Positions 45,295 to 64,000 of a stretch of DNA of 64,000 bases are shown in pieces. The translations under genes were made by a program, and so were the position numbers. The stretch covers positions 10,850,001 through 10,914,000 of the forward strand of contig OZ059896.1 in assembly GCA_964057225.1 (NCBI GenBank), in the 5' to 3' direction. The notes under the pieces are model-generated. The model ran no database searches. It was not told the DNA's origin and saw only the letters and a program-made list of their open reading frames with translations. This DNA comes from Auanema rhodensis. Lineage: Eukaryota; Animalia; Nematoda. Numbering within the stretch: the stretch's first letter is position 1; each line of letters starts with the position of its first letter.

Positions 45295-48007
45295 ATGGGT
45301 AAACGTGAAGATCTACAAGGTATTCGAGGTATTGCAATATTATCAGTTCTTCTTTTTCATTTTTTCCCAACATGGTTTCCAAATGGATATATTGGAGTAG
45401 ATCAGTTAGTTGACAGTTTATCAATTAGTACATCATATTGTTAATAAACATTATTTTTTTTTAATTGGCTGACTTATTTTAAGTTTCTTTTTTCAGGTTT
45501 TTTGTTCTCTCAGGATTTCTAATATCATTGGTTTTATCTAAAGAGGAAAAAATCAGTATTAGTACTATAACTGATTTTTATTATCGAAGAGTGAAGAGAA
45601 TATTCCCACTGTATCTCATGTTCATTAGCTGTGCTCTCGTTTCGCTATTTTTCATCTTTCCATTATCGAATTTGGACACAAATTTAGAATCTGCCTGGCC
45701 AGCATTATTTTATTATACCAACGTGATAGCTGGTACGGATGTAGAAAAAGAATACAATGCGATGGTAAGACAAGATGTAATGTATAATGATATTAGCAAT
45801 TCAAATTCTTAGCTTCAAGTTGCGGAAGATGTTTTCACTCATACATGGTCTTTGTCTGTCGAAATCCAATTCTATATATTCGTACCATTTATTTTCTATT
45901 TTTTATACAAAGTGAAGAACAATACTCGATATCTTCTCCTTAGTATATTAGGTATCAAATAATTTTAAAAACTGATCGAATTGCTTTCAAAGTTATCTTT
46001 TTTCAAAGAAATTTACAGGGATTATTTCATTCATATACTATGAGACTTGTCCACAAATGCTAGCTTTTAACAGTGTTTTTGCAAGAATGTGGCAGTTTAT
46101 AATTGGTAAGCCGATTCCTTATTTCGTTGTTTATTTTTTTCCTATCAACCTTTCAAGAAACATGAAATAAGAGAGTTTTAGATGAATATTGACCGTTCCA
46201 AAATGACATTATAATATGTTTTTAAGGAATAATGTGTTTTCATCTGAGTTCTTCTGAAAAGCACATTGAAAAGCAGCCATTGTTGGACGTAAAGGAAGAA
46301 ACTAGCAACAGAAGCACAGATAGACCATTAAATAAAAGTTTAATTTTGAAGTCAAACATAATTTAAATCAATTAACACAGATTATTCTCGATTCCCAATG
46401 GTTTTAACAACCGTTTTCATGTTAGTATTAGTGTGCCAATCTTTGTATATTGAGCCATTACCAGCAAACGTTCTTAGGTATGTTAAGATACTCTTATATT
46501 TTATTAATTTGTTCTACTTTCAAGAGTTTCAGCAACTTTATTAACTGGATTTTTAATTTTATGCGGAAGTTTCCAACAATTCTCTTTATTAAATTTTAAA
46601 CTTTTAACCTATCTTGGTGATATCTCATATGCTGCATATCTCTTTCACTGGCCTGTTGTTGCTTATATCAAGCTAACAGCATCAAATAATGTGAACAGTA
46701 AGCTTTTTTCAACTTGAAATTCACTTAATATTCGGTTTTAGTGTTTAGAATTGGCTTTCTCATGTCGATAGTGATGAGTATCATTATATCCGAAACTATT
46801 GAAAAGTATTACTTACGATTATCTCGACAGGCTATAATACGTCTTGTGTTGGGCTTATATATCATAAACATACTTATTATTTGTTTACCAACATGGTATG
46901 AAGCTCAAATGACTCCTACTTTTGGAAAAGATGCTGACACATGGGCTGCCTATACGCCACCAAAAAATCTGACACGAGGTTCCTTTTACAGTAAACACCA
47001 AGTAAATTCCTATCTCTTTATTCAGATCAAAGAGATAAATGGAACTATAGAATGGTCAGTAAAGATAGGCCATTATTAGTTACAAACAAATGTGATTATG
47101 TGGGAAATCAGAAGCCATGGGGGTGGTGTGAGTTTAAAGTCAGTGGTTCATTAGGAGAACGACAATATTTTCAAATTTATTCAGAATGTGAACCCCAAAG
47201 GAAAATACAAGATCTTGATAATAGGAAATAGTCATGCACCTACAGGTGCTGAACTGGTATATGATTATTGTAAAGAAAAAACTTATAAAATGGCACTCCG
47301 AGCTCAACCATGTATGCTCTATATTCAGATGAATAAGTTATGCAACTTTTATATTTAGCAACCGATCCTCTTATACCTGGAAGTTCCTTTTCAAAGGAAT
47401 TCCTGGAAATGGTTAAGAATTATAAACCTGATATACTGTTTCATATAACACGGTATTACAAATGATACCTACAACACACATTCACTTCACTTAACATTAA
47501 GATTTATGAAAATGATGAAACCATTGAAAAATGGAAAGCCCGATCGTGTTCTACCGAAGATGATTGAAAGAATTCAAGAATTAGAAAAATATGTTAAGAA
47601 AAGAATATATATTGTTCACGCGGTACCAAGACCAAAAGCTCATGCTGGTTATGCTATTTATAATTTAGCTCTTAGTAGAAAAAGTATGACAGATAAATCA
47701 CAGGTGAATTAAAGTTTATTTTTTTTTAATTTAACAAAAATTTGGGGATTGAAATATGTGATTTCAGATAAGTTTACTGGATCGAACAGTGGACTGGACT
47801 CTGGCACGTAAAAGAGTCGATGAGACTGTAAGGCAGTGTAAAAAATGTACTTTAATAGATTATCTTCCCTCTTTTACTCATAATGATACTTATGAAGTAT
47901 TTGATCCCATTTCAAAATTTTCTTATTATTCGTCAGGTCTACATTATACAGGACCAGCTTTAGAAAAACTAAAACCTATTTATAAAAACGTTTGCGACAA
48001 TCTATAG
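45295..48007 (+). CDS. O-acyltransferase-3 (oac family) with C-terminal SGNH domain
   Basis: REDLQGIRGIAILSVLLFH, GYIGVDQFFVLSGFL, RRVKRIFP, HTWSLSVEIQFY, YLGDISYAAYLFHWP, GNSH, terminal GLHY. Confidence 0.93.
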
Positions 48008-48214
48008 AATTCATGAAATTACTTTCCACAATTTATTAAGAAATTCAATTTTTTCCTTTATTAGATATATATGTTAATACCATAAATAAAGATTTTTAGT
48101 TCAGTTCAATCTGATAATTGTGACGTAAAAGTATCTAACATCAAAGGCTAAATACTTTTCAAGCAAATAGGAATAATAACAAACAATAATAGATTTAAAA
48201 TATATTAAAAGGGA

Positions 48215-50128
48215 TTACATGGACTCGTCATCAGAATCATCTCCAAAAACTGGTTCGTTTGTCTTAATTCGGGCAGCTAAAGCCTTTTGAAGATCATCTG
48301 GTATAGTCATTTTCGGTCTTTCCGGTCTCACAAAAATTGATGATGTACATTCTCCAATTCCTTCTATGCTAACCTGAGCTTATACTAGTTTGGTACACAA
48401 AAAAGTAATTCAAAATGAACCTCTTTACGAGCATTTTCAATGAATTGTTTTTTTTCTAACTCTTTTGCTTTTTCATCGACTTCCCTCTGCAAAATGTCTT
48501 CCACAGAAACGCCGTAGAAAGCGGCTAAGGCTTTTCTTTCACGAATTTCATAGTCCTTTGATCTTTCACAAAGAGCGTTACGCAATTCAGTCATCAGTAA
48601 AGGGTTGGAGCAAGTTGTATATGAGTCAAGAAGCTATAACAAAAATCCATCAATTATATTTTAAACTTCTTACTTCATCAACTTCAGCTTCCAAAGTTTC
48701 GTCATAATGTGCTATAGTTTCATATACCTGTTGTTATAACATAGTGAGAAGTTGTAAATTTCTGAATACCTGATCAATTGGCTCAGACAAAGTTGTTGAA
48801 TGAGTTAACTGAGGTATCAGCACTTGTTCACGGCTCTCGTTTATATCTTCCCTTTCGGGCAAGATAGTTGGAGGTTTAGATTTTGGAATATTTAGAGCTT
48901 CCATATCTAACACACGACTGATAGCATTCCTGATTTCCGTAATATTTACTTTTTTATCGTATATACTAGAATGAATACAAATTTGAAAAATGTGTATTGT
49001 TCAACAAACCTTTGAATTATAAGATCCAAGGCGTTAGCTACATTGTCTAAATCGTTGTGCTTGATAACTTGATTAGTTCTTTGTATCCGTTCTTGTTTGA
49101 TGGTCGAATGTGTAATGTGAAGATCTGGAGTATGAATAAAACTACGAGAAATAAAGCTTATAAATACTGTTGCAAGTATTCATTAATCCTTGTAGTTTTG
49201 AAGTAAATTGACGTAGCTTCCTTAGAAGCGATATGGCTTGCCATGAATCTTTTAGTTCCCTAGTTGAAACGATAACTAAACGGCAAAACTCGCTTCTTAT
49301 AAGTATTAACAAATTCAGTAAAGCCTAAGTAGCCATGTTTTTATATATTACTATGTAATTCAAACCCCAAGTCCTCTATCATGTATATGAACTGAATCCA
49401 CAGTTACTTCGTCATTAAGTAAAGCTTTCATATCATCTTCGAAAAATTGAAAGAAAAGATGATCCTTTTCCTCAAGTCTGTAATATGTCGTAATATCGTG
49501 ATCAAATGAGAAAGTTTTTACAAATTATAGTCATTGACTAATGTTTCAGAAAAGTGGGATATACTTAAAACTATTTCTCTTATAGATTGGAAAACAAGAA
49601 GGCGATGTTTATTTTGAGCTGTAGATGTAACTCCTAATCTGCAAAAACATATTATGAATAATTAATATTAGGACTTATGAATACCCAAAGGAAATAATAT
49701 CTCTTTGTCTTAAATTAGCATATAACGCCTTAGCTGCTCGTTGAACATCATGACATGCATCCGCTAACATATAAAACTGCTGAACAGCAACATATCGAAA
49801 AGATGCATATGCAGGTACTGACAAGGTAAGACTTCCTATTGCTGTGCTTAAGCCAATCATTTTATCTGGATATTTTTTCCTCAACAGCATAAAAAATAAA
49901 AAAAACCTCTATAAGAAAGAATACTGGATATCAGAAGAGACCCCGTAACATAAGGAAGCACAGGCAATTCTGGCTTTTTCATATTTGCCATTGCATAGCT
50001 CAGAGAATCTGCATCAACCTACACGACAACTCAAAAAATAAAGTAGCCCCAACCTCTTCCAAAAGCAGACGACTTTCAAAGTATTCGTGAAGTTCAGGTA
50101 TTGCTCGCAAAATAATTGTCCAAAACAT
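48215..50128 (-). CDS. Vezatin-like membrane protein
   Basis: Multi-exon ORF with two N-proximal hydrophobic segments, a coiled-coil middle and C-terminal MTELRNAL..EIRERKALA. The family call is by resemblance only. Confidence 0.5.
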
Positions 50129-51176
50129 AGGCACCTAGAATAGTATTGTGCCGAACATCGCTAAGCAGCAAACCCTCGAACCGTTTATAAAATGCAATAA
50201 TTTTTTTGTTGAAAAACAATAGGAAAACTAATGTATATTCAGTTATGTTACGAAATCAATTTGACAAGATGAAAATCAAAAAATAAAACCAAATGTCGTC
50301 TACAACAATAAGATTTTTAGAATGTTCAAATTAATACAAATATATTGAATTCCATATAAGAAAAATGCCGATTTCAATTAATGAGAGGTTACTCCTTCAT
50401 TATATCTTGAAATTGTGAGCTGCAGCTATGAAAAAAGTTAAACATGAATGGATAAAACCGAGTATTCAGGCACCAAACTATAAGATTCATTGTATCTAAA
50501 AAATTTAAAAATGGAAGAGGGGGGTAGGGGAGGATGAAGAAACCGAGTTGAGAATCACAATTGTTAAAGATTTATCATATAAGAGCTGACTCACTACGAG
50601 TTGGGACCACGTACAAAAGAGGTGACACTTAACGAACTACAAAGCACAGACATGACCGTAGAAACTGGAGAAGAGCACCGGGCACCGGGACAACCATGGA
50701 TGTAACAACGTGGCTACAATACCCAACCTAAGCTCAGAAAAAAAATGAGAAAATAGACTAATGATCTTTGAAATAAAATAACATCACAATTCTCATAGAT
50801 ATAGACTACAAGAGATTTGCACAAAGATCTAAAAAGGAAGAACATATATATCTACTATATAAGAATAACATAATAAGAAGTTATAAGTGGTATGAAATAT
50901 TCCCCCTTTAGTGAGAATTGAAGAAATAAAAGTTAGCATACCTACAGCACCCGGCATCAGTTATACGACAATAGAAACTTAGCGGAAAAAAATAAACACA
51001 CGTAAAAAGCCATACAAACACGTACACGGTTACAATTACATGAAAAAGCACGGGTCACGACACAGGCCATTCTCTATTTCTGGGATTTCGGGTTCTTGGG
51101 TACAGCAATAACTACAGATGGGTACAAAATGAATGAAGAGGGTAGTGAGAATTGTTTTATGATGAGCAAGTAGAAA

Positions 51177-54958
<3,782 letters not shown>

Positions 54959-55572
54959 ATAAATTTTGATGACGGACCAATAAACCTTCAATTTGTACGA
55001 TAAATAAGCATGTCTAATTGCGCAAAGTTCAAATGTTATGATTAATAAATAAAAAAACTAAAAAAAAGAATGAGGAGACGTCGACCTCAGAAAAAAACGA
55101 CTGCTCTCTGCAAATCGACAGGGTGAAATGTGTATTGTAATCATGACATTGTCATACGTCACAAAAACGACAATATGCTTAAAAGGCTCGGTGAATAAGC
55201 TATTTTGAATAATTTTTAGTAGTCACATTTTTATATGATTGGGCGATATCATTAACATGAAAAATAGAATGAATAGCCATTAGAAAAGGCACGTCTGAAG
55301 GCTCCAATTCTCTATAAATAGCGCACTCAATTTACAAGACTGAACCCTGCGCTAGCACGTCGCAATCGCGGCACGGTTTTCAGGGTGGAGCGAGCCTTTG
55401 TTTTTTTCCTGTGATAGCTCCTTGGCACAATACCGCAACAAGAACTTTTTCCTCTTCGTTTTTTGTTAAATAACTTCTAAAAATTTTATTATTCAATAAT
55501 TATTCATAAATGTATGTTATTAATATTTATAAAAAATGTATTTGAGGAACTGCTGGTTCACTGCTGGTTGCC

Positions 55573-58500
55573 ATGAACACTTGGAGGGGCGAAGACCAAT
55601 CCCCGGTCGGTGTTGTTTCTTCCTTGCCACAAACCTCTATGTCTCATTCTCTTTCTGCTGATATTGCTTCACCTGTGACATCACCGAAAGTTACATCGTC
55701 GGAAGGGTAGGTTTCAATTTTATAAAGTTTTGAGTCTTTTCCTCTATTTGTTATTATTATTTTTAATCAATAATTTTATTCAGATTAAGTAACAAATTGG
55801 TTGTTATACATTTGCCTTTCGAACAATATTCACGATTAGAAGTAAGACCTGGAGAAACAGGAAGAGAAGCAATATCTAAGTTGCTAAGAAAACGCGATAT
55901 TACACCCCAATTATGCCATGTCAATGTGTCTGACGATCCTAGAAGTGAACAAATAGATCTTCAGGTTTGCATATATAAATTAACCAATTCATAACTAATC
56001 GTTTAGGAAGATATGGAGAAAATCGTATCGAGATTAGAAAAGAACGAGCTATGGGTTCATAGTGAATACCTGAACACAGTTAAATCTATTAAACATCAAA
56101 TAGTACGCAAGACTTTTATACCTCCTGTGACCTGTGATAAATGCAAAGATCCTATTTGGTTTGTAGTAAGTATCATTTAATAATTGCGGAAAAATTTTAT
56201 AATTTAATAGGGATTTCGTTGTGAATATTGTTTTGTTAAATTTCATCAAAGGTGTTCATCTTTTGCACCTTTGCATTGCGATTTGATTCAAAATGTTCCT
56301 AGAGACGAAGTTGTAAGTTTTTCGTTGTTTTATTTTTAGTTTTTTTTGATGTTGCAGTTGGCTCAAAGGTTAATGATTCTTGCATCTGAAATGGGGGGTA
56401 GTAATGGTGAAATGGCAGAAAATGTTTTATCTCGTTTGCAACCCAATTCTAGTCCTGTTCACACTCCAGACAGCAGCCAACCAGATTTACTTCTGAAGAG
56501 GTATGTGTTATCACAAGGTATTGAATAAATAATTACTATCCAGGGGACAATGCATTAAACGTCACCAAGGCCCTCATGTTGCCGTTAAAGATGTTGGAGG
56601 GCCGCTCGGACCAAGCGGGCCATATTCCAGAGATAGGTATAATATTACTAATAAAACTCATTTATATTTTCTTCGTATTCTAGATCTTCTTCTGTTCCCA
56701 ACATTAATTCCATCAATGATGAAGCAGTTCTTGAGCATAATGTAATTCTTTGCTTATTTCATTGTACCTTTTATTTTGTTTTCAGCAACGTGTTTTGGAT
56801 GCACTGGAAGCCCAACGACAAGGTAAAGCGTTTAATATTTCTAACCATGTCCTTTTTTTTGTACCTTCTATGTTCTCACCTTTAGCTGATGAGCCTGCTC
56901 GCTCAGGTAAAAATAAAGTCCGATCAGCATTTAATAGTGGTCAGTTGATTAATGGTCGTCGACTTACTAATCGCTTATGTCCTCTGCCTGATATTTCCCC
57001 ATTCGGTTCCCAGTCTGTCTCAAGTATGTTAACATTTTATGTCAACGCTTTGAATGTGATTAACATAACGAATGCTTACATTTTATTCAATATATAAAAT
57101 TATGTGTAGGTACATGCTCTTCGCCACCAAATCATCCGCCCAGTGCTGCGCAACTATTGCCGCCCGCTCTACCGTTGACGCCGCCCCAAAGTGCTCCTCC
57201 ACAAAAGGTTTTGAATTGTGAAAAACTGAGTTTATAAAATGTAAATTACAGATATCTCCTGGATTTTTCCGAGGTAGAAGTCGTTCCCCAGGAGAGCGAC
57301 TGGAACCGCACAGATCTAGAGCACTAGCAGGTCGCCTTGCTCTGGAAGATTGGGAGGTATGTTTATTTTTTCCCTCGTGCAGCAATTAACTCTGTTTAGA
57401 TTGATGAAAATGAGGTCCAACTTCAGTGCAAAGTAGGATCCGGTTCTTTTGGAACTGTGTATAGAGGAACGTATTTTGGAACAGTTGCTGTTAAGAAACT
57501 GAATGTTGGCGAGCCAACAGCGCAGCAGTTGCAAGCTTTCAAGAATGAAGTACGCTTACACACAATCTGATTAGCTTTAATAAGTGTCATTTAGGTTGCT
57601 TTATTGAAAAAAACCAGACATTTAAATGTGTTACTATTTATGGGATGGATCAGAGAACCTAGCTTAGCTATATTAACACAATGGTGTGAAGGAAGCAGTC
57701 TTTATAAACATATACATGTTGTTGGTATGTATTCGAGATAATTTGCTATATAATCACCATGTTTTTTCAGAACCTCGAGTAGAATTTGAAATGCCGTTCG
57801 TTTTAGATATTTTCAAACAGATTACATTGGGCATGAATTATTTGCACTCCAAAAACATAATTCATCGGTAAGTAAGAAGTCCTTTCCTCATTATTTTTTT
57901 ATTTATAGGGATTTAAAAACAAACAATATTTTCCTTATGGATGATATGTGTACAGTTAAAATTGGTGATTTCGGATTGGCTACAGTTAAAACAAGATGGA
58001 ACGGTGGACAACAAAATCAGCAACCTACTGGAAGCATTTTGTGGATGGTAACATTTTCCTAGTTAAGCAGCTATTGAATATTTCAATTCTAGGCTCCCGA
58101 AGTTATCAGAATGCAAGATCCAAACCCCTATACGACACTTTCCGATGTCTACGCATTTGGAGTTGTTATGTATGAAACCTTGTCGGGATCTTTACCATAT
58201 TCTCACATTAATAATCGCGATCAAATTCTTTTTATGGTATCCAGAGAACTTAATTTATAATTATTGCAACATTCTTTTTTTCAGGTTGGGCGTGGATTCC
58301 TTCGTCCAGATGTATCAAAATGTCGAACAGATACACCTAAAGCTCTCTTAGCTCTGTACGAAAGATGCATTAAATTTAACAGAGATGAAAGACCCGAATT
58401 TAGTGATGTTTGTTTAGAACTGATAAAGCTGTTTAAAAAAAAATTTCAGGTACTAGATCATCTTCGGAGTATATCTCTGCCTAAATTAATACGATCTCGG

Positions 58501-58584
58501 TCTGCACCTTGCTTGCATCAAGGCCCATCTGGAAACGACATCAGTTCTACGCGGGCATATCATAATATATGGGAATACATATAA
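55573..58584 (+). CDS. lin-45: Raf kinase LIN-45
   Basis: RBD ([10 protein letters not shown]), C1 domain, CR2 [61 protein letters not shown]-terminal RSRSAP. Confidence 0.97.
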
Positions 58585-59133
58585 AGCAGATATGTTTACC
58601 TTTTAAGCACTATAATCATGTAAATTTGGGATTATTACGTAATTCAAATATTGTACTAGTTCTTATCTTGTATGCTACACTTGGATTGTGATGTGACCCA
58701 TCCACCCCACCCCCTCCAACCCACCTTGTGCGGGAGTTTTGCTAACGCTTTATATCTGTGGTACATTGTCGATTCATAATCTTCATATCATATTAGATTG
58801 ATAATCTTAGGAGGTTTTGTTTTCTTTTTTCTTGTTTTTTTTTTGTATTGTTAATATAATAATCTTTGTGTACATGATCCGGTCACCGCTTTGCAGTTCC
58901 TACCTATAAGAATTTGTAAATTCGATTAATATTCTTAAGCCATCGGTGTATCATATGTATAATGTTTTGTTCGTGGTTATCCGATTCATTTGCAGCTGTA
59001 CATCATTCCTTCCACCGGGTAAATATTATAATATATAACAAGTGTTAATTGCTTCTAGTTGGTAAAAAGTTCTGATACTAAATATGTTTACTTTTTGCTT
59101 ATGAAATCATTGCTTTACTTAATTTGTTAGAAA

Positions 59134-61212
59134 ATGGCTGAAGTAGCAGCACATATTACTTTCCAAAAAATACAACGCTTGACGAGAACAAATCGAGAGC
59201 ATGATGTGGAATACATTGAGGACCTTTTTAAGGTTTGCACATTACTTTCCAAATGATACTTAGCTGCTAAATTTTAAAGCTAATACAAGAAATGTTTCTA
59301 AAAGATTTTACGTATGCTATGGAAGTTAAGGCTCACAATTTGATTTGGAAAACAATGAGACTAACTATTGAACCAGTACGTTCATCAAAGTCGAAGGTAA
59401 GCTTGTATACTCGAGGGAATTTTATCGTCTTCTATTTTAGGGCCTTGAAAATGTTTTAAATATGTGTATAGCCTTTCTAACTGATCTATGCTTACTTTTA
59501 CAAGCTGAGTATGGTGTAATTTTTGAAAATGTTCCATCATTTTTAAATCTTTCATCTGCGATTATTCGAAAGCAGACCACATCTAATATAAACGTAGAAA
59601 CACGACAATCTTTTTGTCATTTTATATCTCTTCGATTAGGGGATATATTCCGTTACAAGGTGGCTTTAGTCGGGCATTCTATGAGCATGATTAAATTTTT
59701 TAAAGGAAGAATTGGCATTGGCTGAATCTTGTTATAAGTTGGCGATAAAATCAGATCCTTCAAATGGTTCGGTTTGGAATCAAATGATTTTGATTGCTCA
59801 AAATCAGTATGAACTTTTTATTAATAATATTTCTGATCATTCTTTTGATTCAGTGCTAAGTTCGCGGACAAAGCTTATTATAGTGCTCGTGCTGTGGATT
59901 GCATGAAGCCGTTTGTGTCTGCTACCACAAATTCTGCCTCACTCTTGAGAAAGTTCGCCGAAGGTTGAACTGGTAATCATTTAATGACTATTAGTTTTTG
60001 TTTAGAAGATTGTTGGAATATTTCTTCTCCATTCGAAATTTCTTATATGCATTTATTGGCAACTCTTCATTTCGTAAGTTTCGCCTTCTTTTATTTATTT
60101 TTCTTAACAAATGTTATACCATATTATAAAATGCTACTAAATATGAATATTTCTACTCAATTTTCTTGTTGATGGAACACTTCCCATAAAAGCTTTTTTG
60201 AATTGCTTTTATTTCCTAGGATACCTTTAGCCGCTTTTTTATTTATTGCCAGCTATTTTATAACCTGTCACTAAGCTTTGTAAACATTATACTATCGAGT
60301 TTCAATTGGAGAATCCACTGTTCAAACTGACATTCGTTACTAAAACTTTACAGGCAAATATTATTTCTCAAACTCTTAACAAGTTTTCTTTTAAAGATTT
60401 AGTTGATCGTTTGATATATAGAGAGAACAGCTAACACTAAGAAATATAGAGAAATTTCAGTTGAAGCCTGTTAAAAGTTCATTATTTGATACTGTTGGAA
60501 GTAACCTACGAGATACACGTCATCTTGTTCCTCTCTTGTCGCTTTTAAAATCTCTTGGTATATAATATATTCATTAATTATCTATGCACTTACTAAATTT
60601 TAGGAGATTCGGAGGACGAAGAGCGCACTAAAGCAGAAATACACAATCTTCTACGAATAGCTTTTATTAATATTGTTCAATCTATTACAGAGGTATTTTC
60701 TGTTATTCGAACCAATTCTAACACTTACTATTGTCTTTAGAAAGAAGATTCTTTGTTGTTGTGGAGTGTTTGTTTATTACTTCGCCTTCCTAATATCTGC
60801 AAAGCCTCTCAAGAACTAAAATTATATCTTCTGAAGGAGCCTTCTACACAGCTGTCGGACTCTTTCTATTTGCAACATTATACGTATGTTTCTATACTCA
60901 TGACATTTCTAACATCGACGGTTAACGTGTGAATAACTATTAGAATAGTATGAACAATAGATTCTACTATCATGAATTTATGCGCCATGCTGTTTCAAAA
61001 TAAAAAAAAACATTTTGAATGCGTTTTAATCAAATCGTTTCGTTTTCAATGTAGGGTTCATATTGAATACAAATAACGCATTTGTGTTTCTTTCCATTAG
61101 TTAGATTATTAATTTCAGTTGCTTTCCGGACCCATTCACTTATCCTGTGACATATAAAAAAATATCAGATTTACTTCCTGAAACGGAGGATTCGGTGTTG
61201 CATACAAGTTAG
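59134..61212 (+). CDS. smg-7: EST1/SMG7-type 14-3-3-like TPR protein
   Basis: DFTYAMEVKAHNLIWK, LRLGDIFRYK..AESCYKLA..PSNGSVWNQM, YYSARAV..PFVSATTN; no PIN domain seen; 3' end uncertain. Confidence 0.65.
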
Positions 61213-61794
61213 TTTTCTTTTTCTTTCTTTTTTTGTGTTGCAATATATGAAATAATCTTATTTGTTAATAGCTATTTTTCCTTTTTCTTTTCTTGTTAGA
61301 AAACAAAGCTTACGTATTTGATAACTATTGCAAAAACTACAGCTTCAGTCTATTAATTTGAAAATTTGTTGGTTCAGACTGTTGTGACTGAAATACAATT
61401 GAATTTTGTGCATTCAGCTGCTGATTTGCAATTTTTATGATCTCTCTCTTCAAATATACTTAGATTAAGAAATAAATTCTTAATATTTTGCTCTTTTTTT
61501 GAATTTGATATCCATTTTATTCTTTTAAATTTTTTTCTTCCGCTCTCATGTCGCCAATGAAACTCATCATACTTATTCTTATATAGCTTATTTTCATCAT
61601 CAATCTATTCATTAATGCTATTTGGCGTTTCTCATTAACATCTATAGCCATTTTATCCCCGTGTGCTGTTTTAATTTGACTTTACTCTATCTATCTCTTT
61701 AAATGAACGATGTTTATGTCAGTTAGGAAAATGTACAATAACGATCATGTACCTTTCTAAGCAAACTAGTCAAAGATAGTAAACTTTTTCCTTG

Positions 61795-61832
<38 letters not shown>
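61795..61832. repeat. (AT)n(GT)n compound microsatellite
   Basis: Direct reading. Confidence 0.95.
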
Positions 61833-62087
61833 AATACATCGTATACATATTATGTATATATATCATGCAAAATATTAATATAGGCTTATATATAACTATT
61901 ATTATGGAGTACGGATTCTTGACGCACTTGTTTGAATCAACTATTTGACAAATTTCATTTTGCTGTCAACATCTAAACTCTTCAGTTATACATCTATTTA
62001 TTTCTTGCCTATTGCTTTCTTAACTTCCGTTGGAACCACTTTCTCATTTCTTTCTTAATCAAGCCCTTGATTCTAATTTCCTTTTTC

Positions 62088-62089
<2 letters not shown>

Positions 62090-62121
<32 letters not shown>
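62090..62121. repeat. (TA)n microsatellite
   Basis: Direct reading. Confidence 0.95.
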
Positions 62122-62124
<3 letters not shown>

Positions 62125-64000
62125 GTTTTTTTATTTTACGAACACAACTCTTTCTTCTCTCTCAATACTTTATTGAAATCGAGATTTTTAATGGAGATCA
62201 CGTTTTCATAAATATTGTCGTGACGTTTTCTAATTAAGTATAAGAAAATATTTCTTTTTAAACACGAAGGTTAAAATCGTTCAAAAATAGAATTTCTTAT
62301 GATTTTTCTCGCGACGATCTCACAGTGTGATAAATTTATCAAAGCTTTGATACTTACATGAAAATTGGATTTTGACTTCCACATCATTCCAAGCAATCAG
62401 TATTTTCCCATAAGGAGAGTGTTGGACTAAGTACTGCAGACAAATATGTATAAGTAATTGCATCTATTTTCTAAAAATTAGCATTTCCTAGATAATCCAC
62501 GGAATTCAGAAATTCCCAACAAAGTATATTCTTATTTATGTTTTTTATTCATTATTTTCCACAAAAAAAATGAAATACAATTTACATCAAGTTCTTGGGA
62601 ATATGAGGCAAAGTTTGTGGCTGTTTCATTGTTTGTTTATTATTTACAATTAGACAATAGTTTTTCAAACTGTTTTTTATAATTTATTACTTATATTTAT
62701 GTTTCTTTGCTCCCGATTTTCTTATTTTAACGCTCTTAAAATTTGAGAAAGTTTGGAATCCAAAAGAGCAAAACATATTTTAAGGTTCGTGGAAAAAAAA
62801 GCTCTTAATGAATAGATGAAAAAAAAAATCATTAAATACTTCTGAATTCATAATGTTTCGAAAAGTAGTAGTCTAGTAGTTTATCTGTGGTTCCTTTTAC
62901 CGTTTCTCTAGATCCCTTCTCTTTGCAGTTCACTTTATCTCTTCCCTCCGTCCTCGTCGTGTCTCTTTTCTTACCCTCTTTTTTCAATATGTATGTGCTA
63001 GTCACTAATCGATTCGAAGCCATTCTACCACAAGAGACAGCTTCTTCTCCATTCTTGCTGCCCTCTCTCTTTGGTTCACTATTTCACCACGTACTCGGAC
63101 TCTCAGCCCGTCTCCGCCTATATCCTTTTCTCGGCATTTTTTTCCCTTCACCAACCTTTTGTCATCTTTTTGATCTTTCTAATCAATGATTTAAAAAGAA
63201 GAGGGTTGGATATTCACTATTTCTTTTATGAATTTATATTTTTTGTTGTGAATTCAAAAGCCTTAACTGGTACAGAAACGTTTGGTACTGCAGTTACGAA
63301 GATCGACAAAACTTCGGAAAACAATGTCTAATTACACAACAATACTTATAAGTCTTAATGTTTCAAAGTTCTGGTTTATTAATAAAAAAATTGGAACGAT
63401 TGAAAAACAATTCATTTGATACTTATACTATCCAGGTGTTTTCATCTTTTTATCGAGAACAGTAGGTAATGTTTGATTTTTTGAAAACGTTTTGGTGAGG
63501 TCTAAATGATGTCCAGATACACATTCATTTATTTTTATAATTGCATTACAATTATTTTTAAAAATATATGTCAAGGCGGGAAACCATATGTTTTTAATTT
63601 GATTTTTTAACTTTATATCATCTGATGCATCCGCCCGACCCTGTAGTTATCAGGAATGTTGGCGCTCTTATTGATTGCTGAGCTCAAATTTTCTTTTGTC
63701 TCTTGAAAGTACTTCTTTTTTTCCAGTTGGGAAGCAGCTTTGAGCAACTTAATGAAGTAATGCTTGCCGCGCTGTTTCTCTAGGTTTCTTTCATTATGTT
63801 CTTATAAGATCAGCATGGTTTCACTTATAGCAATGGTTTCAGTTGTACTTTATTATTTTTGTTTTTTGCTTTGAGTTTTGATGGTGAGTATCAGTAATAC
63901 ACATCCTGTTATGCTTCCTCTTTCTGTAGGCAATCCTTGAAATATAGTAATTTAACGAATGTTTCCAATAGTTTCCTTGAACTCTTCGAGGCATCTATAG

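Noticed and set aside
45295-48007. oac gene as a novel bacterial horizontal transfer
   Set aside because: An intron-rich member of a well-known expanded nematode family; not new.
62832-64000. Short ORFs and possible decayed transposon coding sequence on the minus strand
   Set aside because: Stop-ridden, no recognisable motif or termini, and truncated by the window edge.

Overview
AT-rich nematode (rhabditid-like) chromosomal DNA. It is gene-dense, with very short introns (mostly ~36-60 nt), and TTTCAG/TTTTAG trans-splice-like acceptors lie just before many ATGs. Hand-spliced genes in order: a last exon of unknown function, an FMRFamide-receptor-like GPCR, a cuticle collagen, three tandem CTR copper transporters, a UGT, lag-1 (CSL), rft-1, sar-1, a PGAP2/FRAG1-like gene, mrpl-55, dpm-1, a saposin-like gene, GAR1, daf-18 (PTEN), a small candidate neuropeptide gene, two zinc-finger genes, an oac acyltransferase, a vezatin-like gene, a USP4/11/15 deubiquitinase, lin-45 (Raf) and an smg-7-like gene. 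The most striking structure is at 9.1-13.3 kb: a decayed Maverick/Polinton remnant (9600-13304, 6-bp TSD GGCAAT) inserted between the divergent CTR and UGT promoters. It carries a pPolB N-terminal fragment, a spliced cargo pseudogene and a nested Tc1/mariner MITE. It also contains an apparently perfect 583-bp inverted copy of its own left end plus 460 bp of flanking host promoter DNA, which looks like a snapshot of host-sequence capture. All gene models were spliced and translated by eye, and family calls are from motif recognition, not database searches.
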